Assembly: GCA_958441075.1 (NCBI GenBank)
Contig: CAUCBQ010000001.1
Span: 1-54,233, forward strand
DNA from: an uncultured Clostridiaceae bacterium
Lineage (GTDB): Bacteria > Bacillota > Clostridia > Lachnospirales > Lachnospiraceae
Direction of reading: 5' to 3'
DNA length: 54,233 nt
Part shown: positions 10,048-19,750 of the stretch, one piece after another
How positions within the stretch are numbered: the first letter of the stretch is position 1
Layout of the letters: each line of letters begins with the position of its first letter
Notes under the pieces: model-generated
Database searches by the model: none
Told to the model about the DNA's origin: nothing
Seen by the model: the letters and a program-made list of their open reading frames with translations, nothing else
Position numbers and translations under genes: made by a program

Positions 10048-11151
10048 ATGATCACAAAAGTAAGCCGCCGTCTGGCACAGCAGATTGTGGATACGGTAAA
10101 GGATGTATGCGGCAGAGATATCAACTTTATCGCCCCTTCAGGCACTATTTTCGCCAGTACAGACAAACAGCGGATCGGAGAATTTCATGAGATCGGGCAG
10201 CGAGCCGCCAAAATAAAAACTACAATCGAGGTACAAAGTGACGGCAGCTTTCAGGGAACGCAAAAGGGCGTAAATATTCCCGTTTTTCATCAGGGAATCC
10301 TTCTTGCAGTCATCGGGATCAGCGGGCCGCCGGAGGAGGTACGCAAATTCGGCTATCTTGCCCTGCGGATTACAGATCTCTTAATCCGTGAGCAGGAACT
10401 GGCTGCCGCTACCCGTTCCAGACAGGAGAAAATTCAGTATCTGGTTCATTCTCTGATCCACTGCGAAGAAACAGATCCCAGTTTTTTAGAAAACTGTCTG
10501 GAAGAATTTCAGCTTTCAGCTGACAGCCGCTTTCTGGTGTGCTGCATCCGGCTGAACGAACGGTATCATCCGGCTAATATCTCCATGTTTGAACGGGATT
10601 TAAGACAGCTTCTTCAGTCCGTTGGAATTGCATTCAGCTGTTTTGAATACCCCAGAGAATATATTGCCCTTATTCCGGAAGATGATCAGCAAAAATGCAA
10701 AAACAGATTGATGCATTTTGCTTCCGTTCAGAAAGACATTCTTTCAGCAGGTCTGGGAACTGCCTGCAATCTGCCGCGTCTATACCACTCCTACCGGGAA
10801 GCATTGACCTCTCTGGGAGCCGCACAATTTTCAGAAATTCCCTTCTGCTGTTTTGAAGAGCTGGATATAGAAATCCTGTTAAGCAGCATAGATCCGGACT
10901 GTCAGAAAGATTACCTGCAAAAGACTGTTTCCGGACTGAATGAGGATGATCTTCACCTCCTCCAGGTGTATTATGATGAGAATATGTCACTGACAAATAC
11001 CGGATCACGGCTGTTTCTTCACAAAAACACGCTCCAGTATAAGCTGAAACGCATTGCGAGAATAACCGGATACGATCCCCGGATCTTCCGGGACGCAGCT
11101 GCCCTGTATCTGGGTCTGAAAATATGGCAGGAAAACAGCGCTTCCCGGTAA
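10048..11151 (+). CDS. cdaR: CdaR family sugar-diacid-responsive transcriptional regulator
   Basis: N-terminal LAQQIV...DINFI...RIGEFHE sugar-diacid recognition domain; C-terminal LFLHKNTLQYKL PucR-type HTH; divergent from glycerate kinase. Confidence 0.88.
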   Translation: MITKVSRRLAQQIVDTVKDVCGRDINFIAPSGTIFASTDKQRIGEFHEIGQRAAKIKTTIEVQSDGSFQGTQKGVNIPVFHQGILLAVIGISGPPEEVRKFGYLALRITDLLIREQELAAATRSRQEKIQYLVHSLIHCEETDPSFLENCLEEFQLSADSRFLVCCIRLNERYHPANISMFERDLRQLLQSVGIAFSCFEYPREYIALIPEDDQQKCKNRLMHFASVQKDILSAGLGTACNLPRLYHSYREALTSLGAAQFSEIPFCCFEELDIEILLSSIDPDCQKDYLQKTVSGLNEDDLHLLQVYYDENMSLTNTGSRLFLHKNTLQYKLKRIARITGYDPRIFRDAAALYLGLKIWQENSASR

Positions 11152-11159
11152 ACAGATCC

Positions 11160-11741
11160 TTATCCGCGCCGCAGCTCCTTAAAAAAATCTGTCATCAGGC
11201 AGGAGCATTCTCCCCCAAGAATACCTGTTTCTACTTTCACCTGATGGTTAAATCCAGATTCCTGCAGGATGTTTAACACCGAACCGGCACAACCTGCTTT
11301 GGCATTCATGGAACCAATGACTACGCGGGGAATCCGGGCCTGTACAATCGCCCCGGCGCACATGGGACAGGGCTCCAGCGTAACATACAGCGTACAGTCC
11401 TCCAGCCGCCAGTCCCCCTCTTTTTTGCAGGCCCTTTTTATAGCTGTAATTTCTGCATGAGAAAGAACGGTTTTATCTGCATTTCGGCGGTTATAGCCTC
11501 TGGAAATGATACGGCCCTCTTTTACAATTACGCACCCAATAGGAACATCTCCGATGGCAGCTGCCTTTTTGGCCTGACGAACCGCTTCCTTCATAAAGAC
11601 CTCATCTGTCCGCCGGGCTGTCTTTGCCGCCTCCTCTGCCGCAAGAGCAGCCTGACGCTTTTTCTCATTTCGCTGCTCCCAGCGACGCCTGCGGGTTTCA
11701 AGGCCTTTTGCATTTGCCAGAGCAATTTCCTGTTCGGTCAT
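11160..11741 (-). CDS. tadA: tRNA adenosine(34) deaminase
   Basis: VPIGCVIV, HAE, TLEPCPMCAGA, FNHQV motifs; charged N-terminal extension. Confidence 0.92.
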   Translation of the reverse strand: MTEQEIALANAKGLETRRRRWEQRNEKKRQAALAAEEAAKTARRTDEVFMKEAVRQAKKAAAIGDVPIGCVIVKEGRIISRGYNRRNADKTVLSHAEITAIKRACKKEGDWRLEDCTLYVTLEPCPMCAGAIVQARIPRVVIGSMNAKAGCAGSVLNILQESGFNHQVKVETGILGGECSCLMTDFFKELRRG

Positions 11742-11821
11742 AAGATACGTCTCCTTTTCATCCTGTGTATTTTTTTATTATAAATGAAATTATAAATTTT
11801 GCAAAGGAAGGATCAATCAGT

Positions 11822-12517
11822 ATGAAAATATGCGGACTTCAAAAAACTACGCTGCTGGATTATCCGGGAAAAGTAGCCGCCACACTCTTTACAGCCGGAT
11901 GCAGCTTCTCCTGTCCCTTCTGTCACAACAGCGGGCTCCTTGGAAATAATGCAGAAGCAGTCTGTTCTCAGGAAGATATAATGGCATTTTTAGAAAAACG
12001 GAAAAATATATTGGAAGGCATCTGTATCACCGGCGGAGAGCCCATGCTGCAGCCTGATCTGGAAGCTTTTATACGGTCCGTCCGCAGTCTGGGTCTGGCA
12101 GTAAAGCTGGATACAAACGGGTATCAGCCGGATGTGCTCATTGATCTCTGTGAAAAAGGACTTTTGGACTATGTAGCCATGGATATTAAGGCTGGAAAAA
12201 GCAATTATGCGCGGATAAGCGGACACCCATCACTGAATCTGGATCGGATTGACCGAAGCATCCAATTTCTCCTGAAAGGTAAAATTCCCTTTGAATTCCG
12301 CACCACCGCGGTAAAAGGACTTCACGATCAAAGTGATTTTGAGGAAATCGGGCCATGGATTCAGGGATGCGCCCAATATTTTCTCCAGTGTTATCAGGAA
12401 TCCGGGCAGGTACTGTCCCCCGATTCCTGCAAAAGCTTTTCCCGTGGGGAAATGGAAGAATTCGCCCGGATTGTATCCCCTTATGCAGGAAGCGTGAAGC
12501 TTCGGGGAGTTGACTGA
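11822..12517 (+). CDS. nrdG: anaerobic ribonucleoside-triphosphate reductase activating protein (radical SAM)
   Basis: GLQKTTLLDYPG, CSFSCPFCHN (CxxxCxxC), TGGEP, KLDTNG, EFRTT. Confidence 0.85.
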   Translation: MKICGLQKTTLLDYPGKVAATLFTAGCSFSCPFCHNSGLLGNNAEAVCSQEDIMAFLEKRKNILEGICITGGEPMLQPDLEAFIRSVRSLGLAVKLDTNGYQPDVLIDLCEKGLLDYVAMDIKAGKSNYARISGHPSLNLDRIDRSIQFLLKGKIPFEFRTTAVKGLHDQSDFEEIGPWIQGCAQYFLQCYQESGQVLSPDSCKSFSRGEMEEFARIVSPYAGSVKLRGVD

Positions 12518-12532
12518 TCTGACAGCGCCCGG

Positions 12533-13627
12533 TCAGTCTGTATTTTCCATACTGACGTCCACATACCAATAGCCGAACCGTCCATTTTGAACCGGCTGCT
12601 TTTTGGCAAGGACGAAGTGCGGAAATCCGAACATGGAAGCCATATATTTTTCGTTGCTGTAATAATGGCCCGGAACTCCGAGAATATAACGCACCCGTCT
12701 GCGCACCTCATCACCCACACGGGCAAATACCAGATAGCGGTAATTATAATATCCATGAAGCAGAAAACTGTTGTTTCCATAACTCCAGTTTTCTCTGGGC
12801 AGAAGACCGATATCCTGAGGCCGTATAGTAAGAATCTCAATAGAACCCGGACTGTCAAATGCCTGAATCTTGGGATATCGTTTACGAAATGTTTCCCACA
12901 GAATCTCCGGGGTTTTTGCACTCTCCTCCCGGTCCAGACGTGCCAGTTCCTCCGGATCTCCCAAAGGGAGTTCTTCCTGAGGAGATGAAAGGGGGAACGA
13001 ACCGGAAGACTCTGCTTCAGATAGCCGTGAATCCTCCGAAGGCGTCTCCTGAATCTGGCTTTCCTCTTCTTCAGGCTCCGATTCCACTGTTTCTTGTGGG
13101 GCTGTTTCCTGCTCCTTTACTTCCAAAACCATCTTCTCCCGCTCTGCCTCCAGACGTTCCTCCTCTGCCTGAATTTCCTGATTCAGTTCAGTCAGCTTTC
13201 TATGAATCTGCTCGCTCTCATCTCCCACATTCTGAGATGTTACCTCTGCCAGATCTACCTCTGCCGCCTGAGTAACCGCATCCTCCCAAATTGTCTTATA
13301 AATCCGCCAGTCCTCCCCCTTCTCATGAACAGAAAGACCATAGCATGCTTCCATCCCGCAGCCTGATCCCCCAATATTTTCCAGAGGAATCACAGCCCTG
13401 AACTCACCTGCACCATTGTGAATAAAGATATTTCCCAGAAAAATCTCCCTATCCGGCGCCAGAAGGTATATACCCAGATCACCGCCGCCCGAATAAACCT
13501 TTTTTACATTTATATTCAGTCTGCATTGACCGCTTCTTGCCTCCAGCTTTGCAAAACCTATATTTTTCCCCTTTACACTGCCTTCATATGCATAAATATA
13601 CGAAATCAATCTTCTATAATTTACCAT
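12533..13627 (-). CDS. conserved hypothetical protein (DUF6128-like), possibly sporulation-related
   Basis: YRRLISYIY..KN.GFAK N-terminus; NNSFLLHGYYNY and GYWY C-terminus; GAGGAG RBS before ATG 13627. Confidence 0.7.
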   Translation of the reverse strand: MVNYRRLISYIYAYEGSVKGKNIGFAKLEARSGQCRLNINVKKVYSGGGDLGIYLLAPDREIFLGNIFIHNGAGEFRAVIPLENIGGSGCGMEACYGLSVHEKGEDWRIYKTIWEDAVTQAAEVDLAEVTSQNVGDESEQIHRKLTELNQEIQAEEERLEAEREKMVLEVKEQETAPQETVESEPEEEESQIQETPSEDSRLSEAESSGSFPLSSPQEELPLGDPEELARLDREESAKTPEILWETFRKRYPKIQAFDSPGSIEILTIRPQDIGLLPRENWSYGNNSFLLHGYYNYRYLVFARVGDEVRRRVRYILGVPGHYYSNEKYMASMFGFPHFVLAKKQPVQNGRFGYWYVDVSMENTD

Positions 13628-13717
13628 TTTCCTACTCCTCGCACCATTTCCGAATCGCTCCATCCCGGACCTGTCTGCCTGTCCCCAGATGACAGCACAT
13701 TTTCCGCTGCTACCATT

Positions 13718-13747
13718 ATTTATATGATTTTCCTCTTGAAAGTATGT
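13718..13747 (-). promoter_or_regulatory. sigma-E-like sporulation promoter
   Basis: ACATACT (13747-13741), 14 bp, CATATAAAT (13726-13718). Confidence 0.45.
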
Positions 13748-13819
13748 TGGGAAAATGTTATTCTATATGAAGAAATTTGCAAAAAAGTTTTTCATTTTCT
13801 GGAAAGGGTGGATATCATT

Positions 13820-14545
13820 ATGAGAATCTGCAAAGCAAAAAATTATGATGAAATGAGCCGTCAGGCTGCCAATGTTATTTCTGCACAGGTAATCATGAAA
13901 CCAAACTGTGTACTGGGTCTGGCTACCGGTTCTTCACCGATCGGCACCTACAAGCAGCTGATTGAATGGTACAATAAGGGCGATCTGGATTTCTCCAATG
14001 TAAAAACAGTAAATCTAGATGAATACAAGGGACTTACAAAGGATAATGACCAGAGCTACTACTACTTTATGTATAACAATCTCTTTAAGCATATCAACAT
14101 TGACTTAAACAATACAAATATTCCTGACGGAACAGAGCCTGACAGCGCTATTGAATGTGCCCGCTACAACCGTGTGATTGACGATATCGGCGGCATTGAT
14201 CTTCAGCTTTTAGGAATCGGACATAACGGTCACATCGGTTTCAATGAGCCTGATTCTGAATTTGCAAAGATGACCCACTGCGTAGACCTGACAGAGAGCA
14301 CCATTGAGGCAAACAAGCGTTTCTTTGCTTCCATCGACGATGTCCCCAGACAGGCGTATACCATGGGAATTAAGACCATTATGCAGGCAAAAACCATCCT
14401 TCTGATTGCCAGCGGCGCAGATAAGGCCCGCATCCTCCGTGAAGCTCTCTGCGGCCCTGTAACTCCTCAGGTTCCCGCTTCTATCTTACAGCTTCACAAT
14501 AATGTAATCGTAGTGGCTGATGAAGCAGCTATGGCTGAGTTTTAA
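13820..14545 (+). CDS. nagB: glucosamine-6-phosphate deaminase
   Basis: LGLATGSSP, NLDEY, GIGHNGHIGFNEP, TMGI, PASILQLH. Confidence 0.97.
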   Translation: MRICKAKNYDEMSRQAANVISAQVIMKPNCVLGLATGSSPIGTYKQLIEWYNKGDLDFSNVKTVNLDEYKGLTKDNDQSYYYFMYNNLFKHINIDLNNTNIPDGTEPDSAIECARYNRVIDDIGGIDLQLLGIGHNGHIGFNEPDSEFAKMTHCVDLTESTIEANKRFFASIDDVPRQAYTMGIKTIMQAKTILLIASGADKARILREALCGPVTPQVPASILQLHNNVIVVADEAAMAEF

Positions 14546-14569
14546 ATTCAGACAGGTATGAACTAATTG

Positions 14570-14618
14570 AAAATCCCTCTGCGGCAGACTGTACAGCGGT
14601 ACCGCAGAGGGATTTTTA
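14570..14618. terminator. bidirectional intrinsic terminator (nagB / GntR gene)
   Basis: AAAATCCCTCTGCGG ... CCGCAGAGGGATTTT between convergent genes. Confidence 0.8.
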
Positions 14619-14638
14619 TTTTCTTACTGCATTTCTTA

Positions 14639-15274
14639 TCAAAATATGATTTCATGCATATATTCTTCAATATCATCACTCAGTATCTTTTTAGCTTTAT
14701 CCAGATCGCCTGTCATTAAAGAATTAATAAGATTCACATGATTTCTGGCATCTGTCTTACGCTTTTGATTCCAGACATTCGAATAATATTGATTAGAGGC
14801 CCTGATCGAAAAGATCATTGCGTCAGACAGTGCCTTTTTATAAAAACTGTTATTACTGAAGGAACACAGCAGCTGGTGAAACTGATTGTTTAAAGTCCAG
14901 TGAATCTTTACATCCAGATCATCCTTGTGTATTACCGACTCATCATTTAATGCACTTAACTGCCTGTATTCATTTTCACCCATCTGAGGATACGCAGCCT
15001 CCAGAGCTGCAAGTTCTATGGTCTTGCGAAATTCTACCAGCTCGCGAATCTGCGTGGGATGAATCATCTCCAGCTGATAACCATATCGGGGAATATTCTT
15101 TAATATCCCCTGACTGCAGAGCTGAACCAGAACCTCTCTGACAGTCGTTTTACTTGCAGAATATTTTTCAATCAAATCTTTTTCATTTAAAATTGTATTG
15201 GCTGGATAGTCTCCATTTAAAATATGCGCCAGTACCTCTTCATAAACACGGTCTTTTACAGAAACCCTTTCCAC
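14639..15274 (-). CDS. GntR (FadR/FCD) family transcriptional regulator
   Basis: N-terminal wHTH (LNEKDL...SKTTVRE), FCD domain with NNQFH. Confidence 0.9.
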   Translation of the reverse strand: MERVSVKDRVYEEVLAHILNGDYPANTILNEKDLIEKYSASKTTVREVLVQLCSQGILKNIPRYGYQLEMIHPTQIRELVEFRKTIELAALEAAYPQMGENEYRQLSALNDESVIHKDDLDVKIHWTLNNQFHQLLCSFSNNSFYKKALSDAMIFSIRASNQYYSNVWNQKRKTDARNHVNLINSLMTGDLDKAKKILSDDIEEYMHEIIF

Positions 15275-15309
15275 TATATCCCGCTCCTCTCTGGTATGTT
15301 TGCAAACAC

Positions 15310-15348
15310 AAAAAGCGGCTGCCTGCAGAATCTGTCAGGGGCAGCCGC
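15310..15348 (-). terminator. intrinsic terminator after ABC operon
   Basis: GCGGCTGCC/GGCAGCCGC stem plus T5 on the minus strand. Confidence 0.7.
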
Positions 15349-15359
15349 CTAACGCATAC

Positions 15360-16199
15360 CTATCCTTTTACTGCTCCTGCCATCATACCTGATTTTTGGA
15401 ACCTTTGCAAGAACAGATAAAGTAAAATAATCGGAATTATAACCAGCGTAGTGCCTGCCAGAATAACCGGCCACGGCGTAGACAATCCTTCACTGACCGG
15501 AAGCAGGGAAATCGTCACCATAAGGGTATATTTGGCTGACTTTCTCAGATACAGAAGAGGCCAGAAAAAGTCATTCCATCTGGCAATCAGAGTAATTGCA
15601 GCCCATGATGCCAATGCCGGTTTAATAACCGGAAGCACTATTTTAGTAAAAATACCAAAATCCGTACAGCCGTCTACCCTTGCAGCCTCAATCAATTCAT
15701 CCGGGATATCGCTCATATACTGATGCATATAAAAGATACCTACTGCTGTCGCGATACGCGGAATAATCAGAGACCACAGGCTGTTAATAAGGTTAAACTT
15801 CTTCATGAGAATAAACAGCGGCACGGCCCCTACCTCGGGCGGGATCAGCATGGTTGCTATTACAAAGTAAAACAGGAAATTCCTGCCCGGAAAACGGAAT
15901 TTGGAAAATGCAAACCCGGCTAAAGCACAGAAATAAAGCGTTGTTACGGTACCAATCAGAGTTGTAAACACACTGTTAAACAGATTCTGTCCCAACGGAA
16001 TCATTTCAAACAAACGCTTAAAGTTTGCCAGCGTAGGTTCCTTTACCAGAATGGACTGAAATCCGCTGATGCTTTCTGTGGCAGGCTTCAGGGAGATCAG
16101 ACACATCCATACAATAGGAAATATACATGCAAGGGAGATCACCGTCAGCGCACCATAAACCAGAAGAGTATTGCATCTTTGTTTTGTTTTATATCCCAT
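15360..16199 (-). CDS. carbohydrate ABC transporter permease (MalG type)
   Basis: EAARVDG EAA loop, WNDFFWP. Confidence 0.93.
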   Translation of the reverse strand: MGYKTKQRCNTLLVYGALTVISLACIFPIVWMCLISLKPATESISGFQSILVKEPTLANFKRLFEMIPLGQNLFNSVFTTLIGTVTTLYFCALAGFAFSKFRFPGRNFLFYFVIATMLIPPEVGAVPLFILMKKFNLINSLWSLIIPRIATAVGIFYMHQYMSDIPDELIEAARVDGCTDFGIFTKIVLPVIKPALASWAAITLIARWNDFFWPLLYLRKSAKYTLMVTISLLPVSEGLSTPWPVILAGTTLVIIPIILLYLFLQRFQKSGMMAGAVKG

Positions 16200-16209
16200 A
16201 TGCGCCTCC

Positions 16210-17079
16210 TTACAGCTCGCCCTGTTTCTTTCTCGCTACAAACTGCACGGCAGAAAGAATTCCCAGAATTATAATAAGTACTACACCAATGGCTGACGCA
16301 TATCCCATATTGAATACGTTGAATCCGGATTCATACATATACTGGAACAATGATGTATTGGACGCGCCCGGTCCCGGAAGTATATATGATTCATTAAACA
16401 GCTTCCAACTGTCCACAGTAACTGTAATCGAGCAAAAAAACAGAATATTGCGTAACAGGGGCAGTGTAATATAGAAAAACTGCTTCAGCTTTCCTGCTCC
16501 GTCTACCGTTGCCGCTTCGTAATAATCGGCAGAAATATTTAAAAGTCCCGATAATACGATCATGGTAAACCACGGTGTATTTCTCCATACATTTAAAAGA
16601 ATAACCGGTATTTTCGAAAAACGGGTATCTGTCAGCCACCCAATTCTCTCTATTCCAAACAGCGCTAAAAACTCATTGATCAAACCTGTATTTTCATCAA
16701 AAAGCATTCTGAAAATCAGACCCATTGCAATCGCAGCGCAGATATTTGGCAGAAATGTAATTGTCTTAAAAAATGACTTATGCCTTAATGCATTGCTGTT
16801 TAAAAGACTGGCAATTATAACCGCAAGCACCAGTATCATCACCATACCGGTAATCCAATATACTACTGTATTTACCAGAGATTCCCAAAACAGGTTGTCA
16901 ATGAGAATCTTCTGGTAATTTTCTGTTCCGCACCATACCGGATCTCCAATCCCTTTCCATTCCGTAAAGGATATATAAAAAGTCCAAATCGTAGGAATCA
17001 GCTGGAACAGAAAAAACAGTATGAAAAATGGAAGAATAAACAAATACGGCGCTTTATATTTTTTGATTTTCTTTAACAT
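16210..17079 (-). CDS. carbohydrate ABC transporter permease (MalF type)
   Basis: YYEAATVDGA EAA loop, GYASAIG. Confidence 0.93.
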   Translation of the reverse strand: MLKKIKKYKAPYLFILPFFILFFLFQLIPTIWTFYISFTEWKGIGDPVWCGTENYQKILIDNLFWESLVNTVVYWITGMVMILVLAVIIASLLNSNALRHKSFFKTITFLPNICAAIAMGLIFRMLFDENTGLINEFLALFGIERIGWLTDTRFSKIPVILLNVWRNTPWFTMIVLSGLLNISADYYEAATVDGAGKLKQFFYITLPLLRNILFFCSITVTVDSWKLFNESYILPGPGASNTSLFQYMYESGFNVFNMGYASAIGVVLIIILGILSAVQFVARKKQGEL

Positions 17080-17093
17080 TTATCTCCTCATCA

Positions 17094-18521
17094 TCACTTA
17101 ATGATCTCAGCCTGACCGATCTTTGCTTTGAGGTTTTTATCCATATTGGCAATTGCCTCTTCCATTGTCTGGTTTCCTGCAATATAGGTTTCCAGCTCTG
17201 CAGTAATAATTTCATCTGCCTCTGCATCCTGAGGTGTCACAACAAGATTGGATGAACCATTTTCAAGACATTTTCCTTCCATTTCACGGAAAGACTGTCC
17301 GCCGTAAAAATCAGATGGCTCTTTCCAGAATTCATCTTCAAGCATTTCCGTTGAGATCGGATTTGCATATGGAGCATTCTGGGATTCCATAGATTTTACC
17401 CATTCTGTACGGGATGGCGTATCAAAATGGAAATCATGCCACATCTGCTCCAGAAGGCCGGCATAAACATTATCGCCCTTGTTTACAATGCAGAAATAGG
17501 ATGATACGGGTGCTCCGGCTGTGCCGTTTTCCTCAAATACCGGAGATGGCATTACACGCCACTGACCAGCTGTTGCCTGACAGTTCATTCTTAAAAATTC
17601 ATCCCAGAATGCGCCAATATAGAATGTAGCTACCTGCTGGCTGTTTACTGCGTCATAAAGAGCCGGCTGCATAATCTGTGACTTCAATAATAAGCCTTCA
17701 CTGTTGAGAGTATCCAGCATACCAAAAGCCTTCTTTGCTCCTTCATCGCTTCCTAATACAACTTGACCGTTCTCATCCCAGATTCTTGCTCCTGCCTGAG
17801 GCATAAGGCCGCGTCTTCCCCAGTATCTCCATGTCATGGAGTCAGGACTGATATAGGAAAGATACACTTCGCCGCCGCTTTTTTCCTTCAGCTGACGTCC
17901 TGCTTCCACATATCCCTCAAAAGTAGACATCTGTGCCGGATCTACTCCGTATTTGTCGAAAATTTCCTGATTATAAAACAGCACGTTTGGTCTTACCGAT
18001 TCTGGAAGTCCATAAATCTTTCCGCTGATGGTCGCATCATTCGTCGCTCCTTCAACCATCCCGTCAATATACTGAGACACAAATTCTGTTTCATCTCTTA
18101 AAAGTCCAGCCTGAGCCAGATCCAGAATATTAACCGGATCAATATACACTGCATCCGGAAGATCATCCTCCGCTCCCGCAAGAGCTGTCATGGTAATCTT
18201 TTCGCGGCTCTTAGCCTGACTTTCATTCTGTACAATTTCAAGTGTCACCTCAGGGGCAATATCTCTGTGACGCTCCAGCCATGCATCGAAATACTCTTTT
18301 AAATACTGTGGCTGTCCTGTTCCGTAAATCGTAACCGTACCGGCAGGATAAACTGTTTTTTCTTCAGATGCATCTTTCTTTTCTTCAGCCTCTCCCTTTG
18401 CCGCCTCTGTCTGTGCTCCTGAAGCTGCCGTTGTTTCTGCCGGTTTCTCAGAACCAGAGCATCCCCAAAGCGCCCCTGCTGCCAATGCTGCCGCCATTAA
18501 ACATACTGTTCTTTTTTTCAT
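17094..18521 (-). CDS. carbohydrate ABC transporter solute-binding lipoprotein
   Basis: MKKR signal with LWGC lipobox; GKIYGLP...LFYN..IF motif of sugar-binding proteins. Confidence 0.9.
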   Translation of the reverse strand: MKKRTVCLMAAALAAGALWGCSGSEKPAETTAASGAQTEAAKGEAEEKKDASEEKTVYPAGTVTIYGTGQPQYLKEYFDAWLERHRDIAPEVTLEIVQNESQAKSREKITMTALAGAEDDLPDAVYIDPVNILDLAQAGLLRDETEFVSQYIDGMVEGATNDATISGKIYGLPESVRPNVLFYNQEIFDKYGVDPAQMSTFEGYVEAGRQLKEKSGGEVYLSYISPDSMTWRYWGRRGLMPQAGARIWDENGQVVLGSDEGAKKAFGMLDTLNSEGLLLKSQIMQPALYDAVNSQQVATFYIGAFWDEFLRMNCQATAGQWRVMPSPVFEENGTAGAPVSSYFCIVNKGDNVYAGLLEQMWHDFHFDTPSRTEWVKSMESQNAPYANPISTEMLEDEFWKEPSDFYGGQSFREMEGKCLENGSSNLVVTPQDAEADEIITAELETYIAGNQTMEEAIANMDKNLKAKIGQAEIIK

Positions 18522-18546
18522 TTTCCTTCCTCCTTGCATAATTTTT

Positions 18547-19506
18547 TTACACGTCTCTTGCTGCCTCTGCTATCGCACGAATACGTTCATACGGAATCTC
18601 TGTGGGAAGCGTACAGTCTGCACCCAGAATAAACCTCTTCTTTCCGTAGGTTTCAATCAGCTTCTTAGAAGTCTCCTTAAGTTCATCTATGCTTCCGTCT
18701 ACCATTACGCCGCTTCTGTTTGCAAGGCCTCCCATAATGGTTACATCTCCAAAAAGCTCTCTTCCTTCCTCAATGCTGAACGGAGCTTCATAAACTCCCC
18801 AGTTTACAACATCGCTCAGTTCTTTGTAGGAAGCATATCTCTGCATATTCAGCCCATCCTTGCACATATGAAGGAACGTATAGCCTCCGGCTTCCTTTAC
18901 TGCCTGAAGAATCTGCTTATCAAAGGTTTCGATGCATTCTGCAAATTCCTCATCTGTAAAATAACGGTGCTCTGCTCCCAACGCGGCATAATACACGCCG
19001 TCTACTCCCAGTTCAATATATTTTTGAGCCAGTCTGGCCATACAGTCTGCAATTCTCTTCCATGCCTCAATCATGGGCTTTTTATTTTCCCTGAAATGAG
19101 TTACCTGCAGTTCTCTTACTGCTTCGTATCCATATCTTGCCTCAATGGGATGAATGGCTGAAGCGCAAATTCCATGAAGTGTTCCCAGAGAAAATGCATC
19201 CGGATCTGCCTGATCCATAATCCGCTTAACCAGTTCAATCTGATTTAACATAAAACTGTCATTCAGGCTCAGGGCCGGAATTTTATTCCAGTCATCCGGG
19301 GTCCGGATCTCCCCAAAATCCGGAACCAGATTTTCATTCATGATTTTAATAATATCCGTATCTGTCTCACGAAAAAAATCGAGGTGGAATTTCAAATCTT
19401 CCTCTACCGTCATCGACGTCCTGGGAAAATGAAGGGAAAAACCGGTGGGCACATGATCCGGCACCTCTCCCCTGATTGCAGCAATTACACGTTCTCTCTT
19501 GTTCAT
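18547..19506 (-). CDS. uroporphyrinogen decarboxylase/MetE-fold (MtaA/CmuA-like) family protein
   Basis: MNKRERV..AI.G...D..P N-terminus, LHMC (HxC) and ILGADC motifs. Confidence 0.8.
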   Translation of the reverse strand: MNKRERVIAAIRGEVPDHVPTGFSLHFPRTSMTVEEDLKFHLDFFRETDTDIIKIMNENLVPDFGEIRTPDDWNKIPALSLNDSFMLNQIELVKRIMDQADPDAFSLGTLHGICASAIHPIEARYGYEAVRELQVTHFRENKKPMIEAWKRIADCMARLAQKYIELGVDGVYYAALGAEHRYFTDEEFAECIETFDKQILQAVKEAGGYTFLHMCKDGLNMQRYASYKELSDVVNWGVYEAPFSIEEGRELFGDVTIMGGLANRSGVMVDGSIDELKETSKKLIETYGKKRFILGADCTLPTEIPYERIRAIAEAARDV

Positions 19507-19685
19507 GGCACTCTCTCCTTTTTATAGCCGCTATTTTGCAAAATGCCCTCCAGCCTCTTCCTTACGTCCATTTGTATAGGCATTTTGCTGTTCATGTTAT
19601 TAATCATACTACAAACCATTCTATATATCCATGGATTTATAGTACAATTTTTTTATTATTTTTTGTGCACTTTTTACATTGACTC

Positions 19686-19728
19686 AAAAAAACCGGTTCA
19701 AATACCTTAACAGGTATCTGAACCGGTT
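19686..19728 (-). terminator. intrinsic terminator
   Basis: AACCGGTTCA..TACC/GGTA..TGAACCGGTT stem plus T-tract on the minus strand. Confidence 0.8.
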
Positions 19729-19750
19729 CTGTCCATACAATGGTTTTTAT

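Noticed and set aside
11822..12517. nrdG-like gene without adjacent nrdD as a novelty
   Set aside because: The partner is probably elsewhere in the genome; nothing in the window supports a new function
13418..13819. Apparent 134-aa N-terminal extension of NagB
   Set aside because: Overlaps the divergent gene and promoter region; a proper RBS lies before ATG 13820
19538..19588. GCAAAATGCC/GGCATTTTGC inverted repeat in the leader of the UroD-like gene
   Set aside because: A single 10-bp stem with a long loop and no U-tract or known motif; insufficient to call a regulatory RNA
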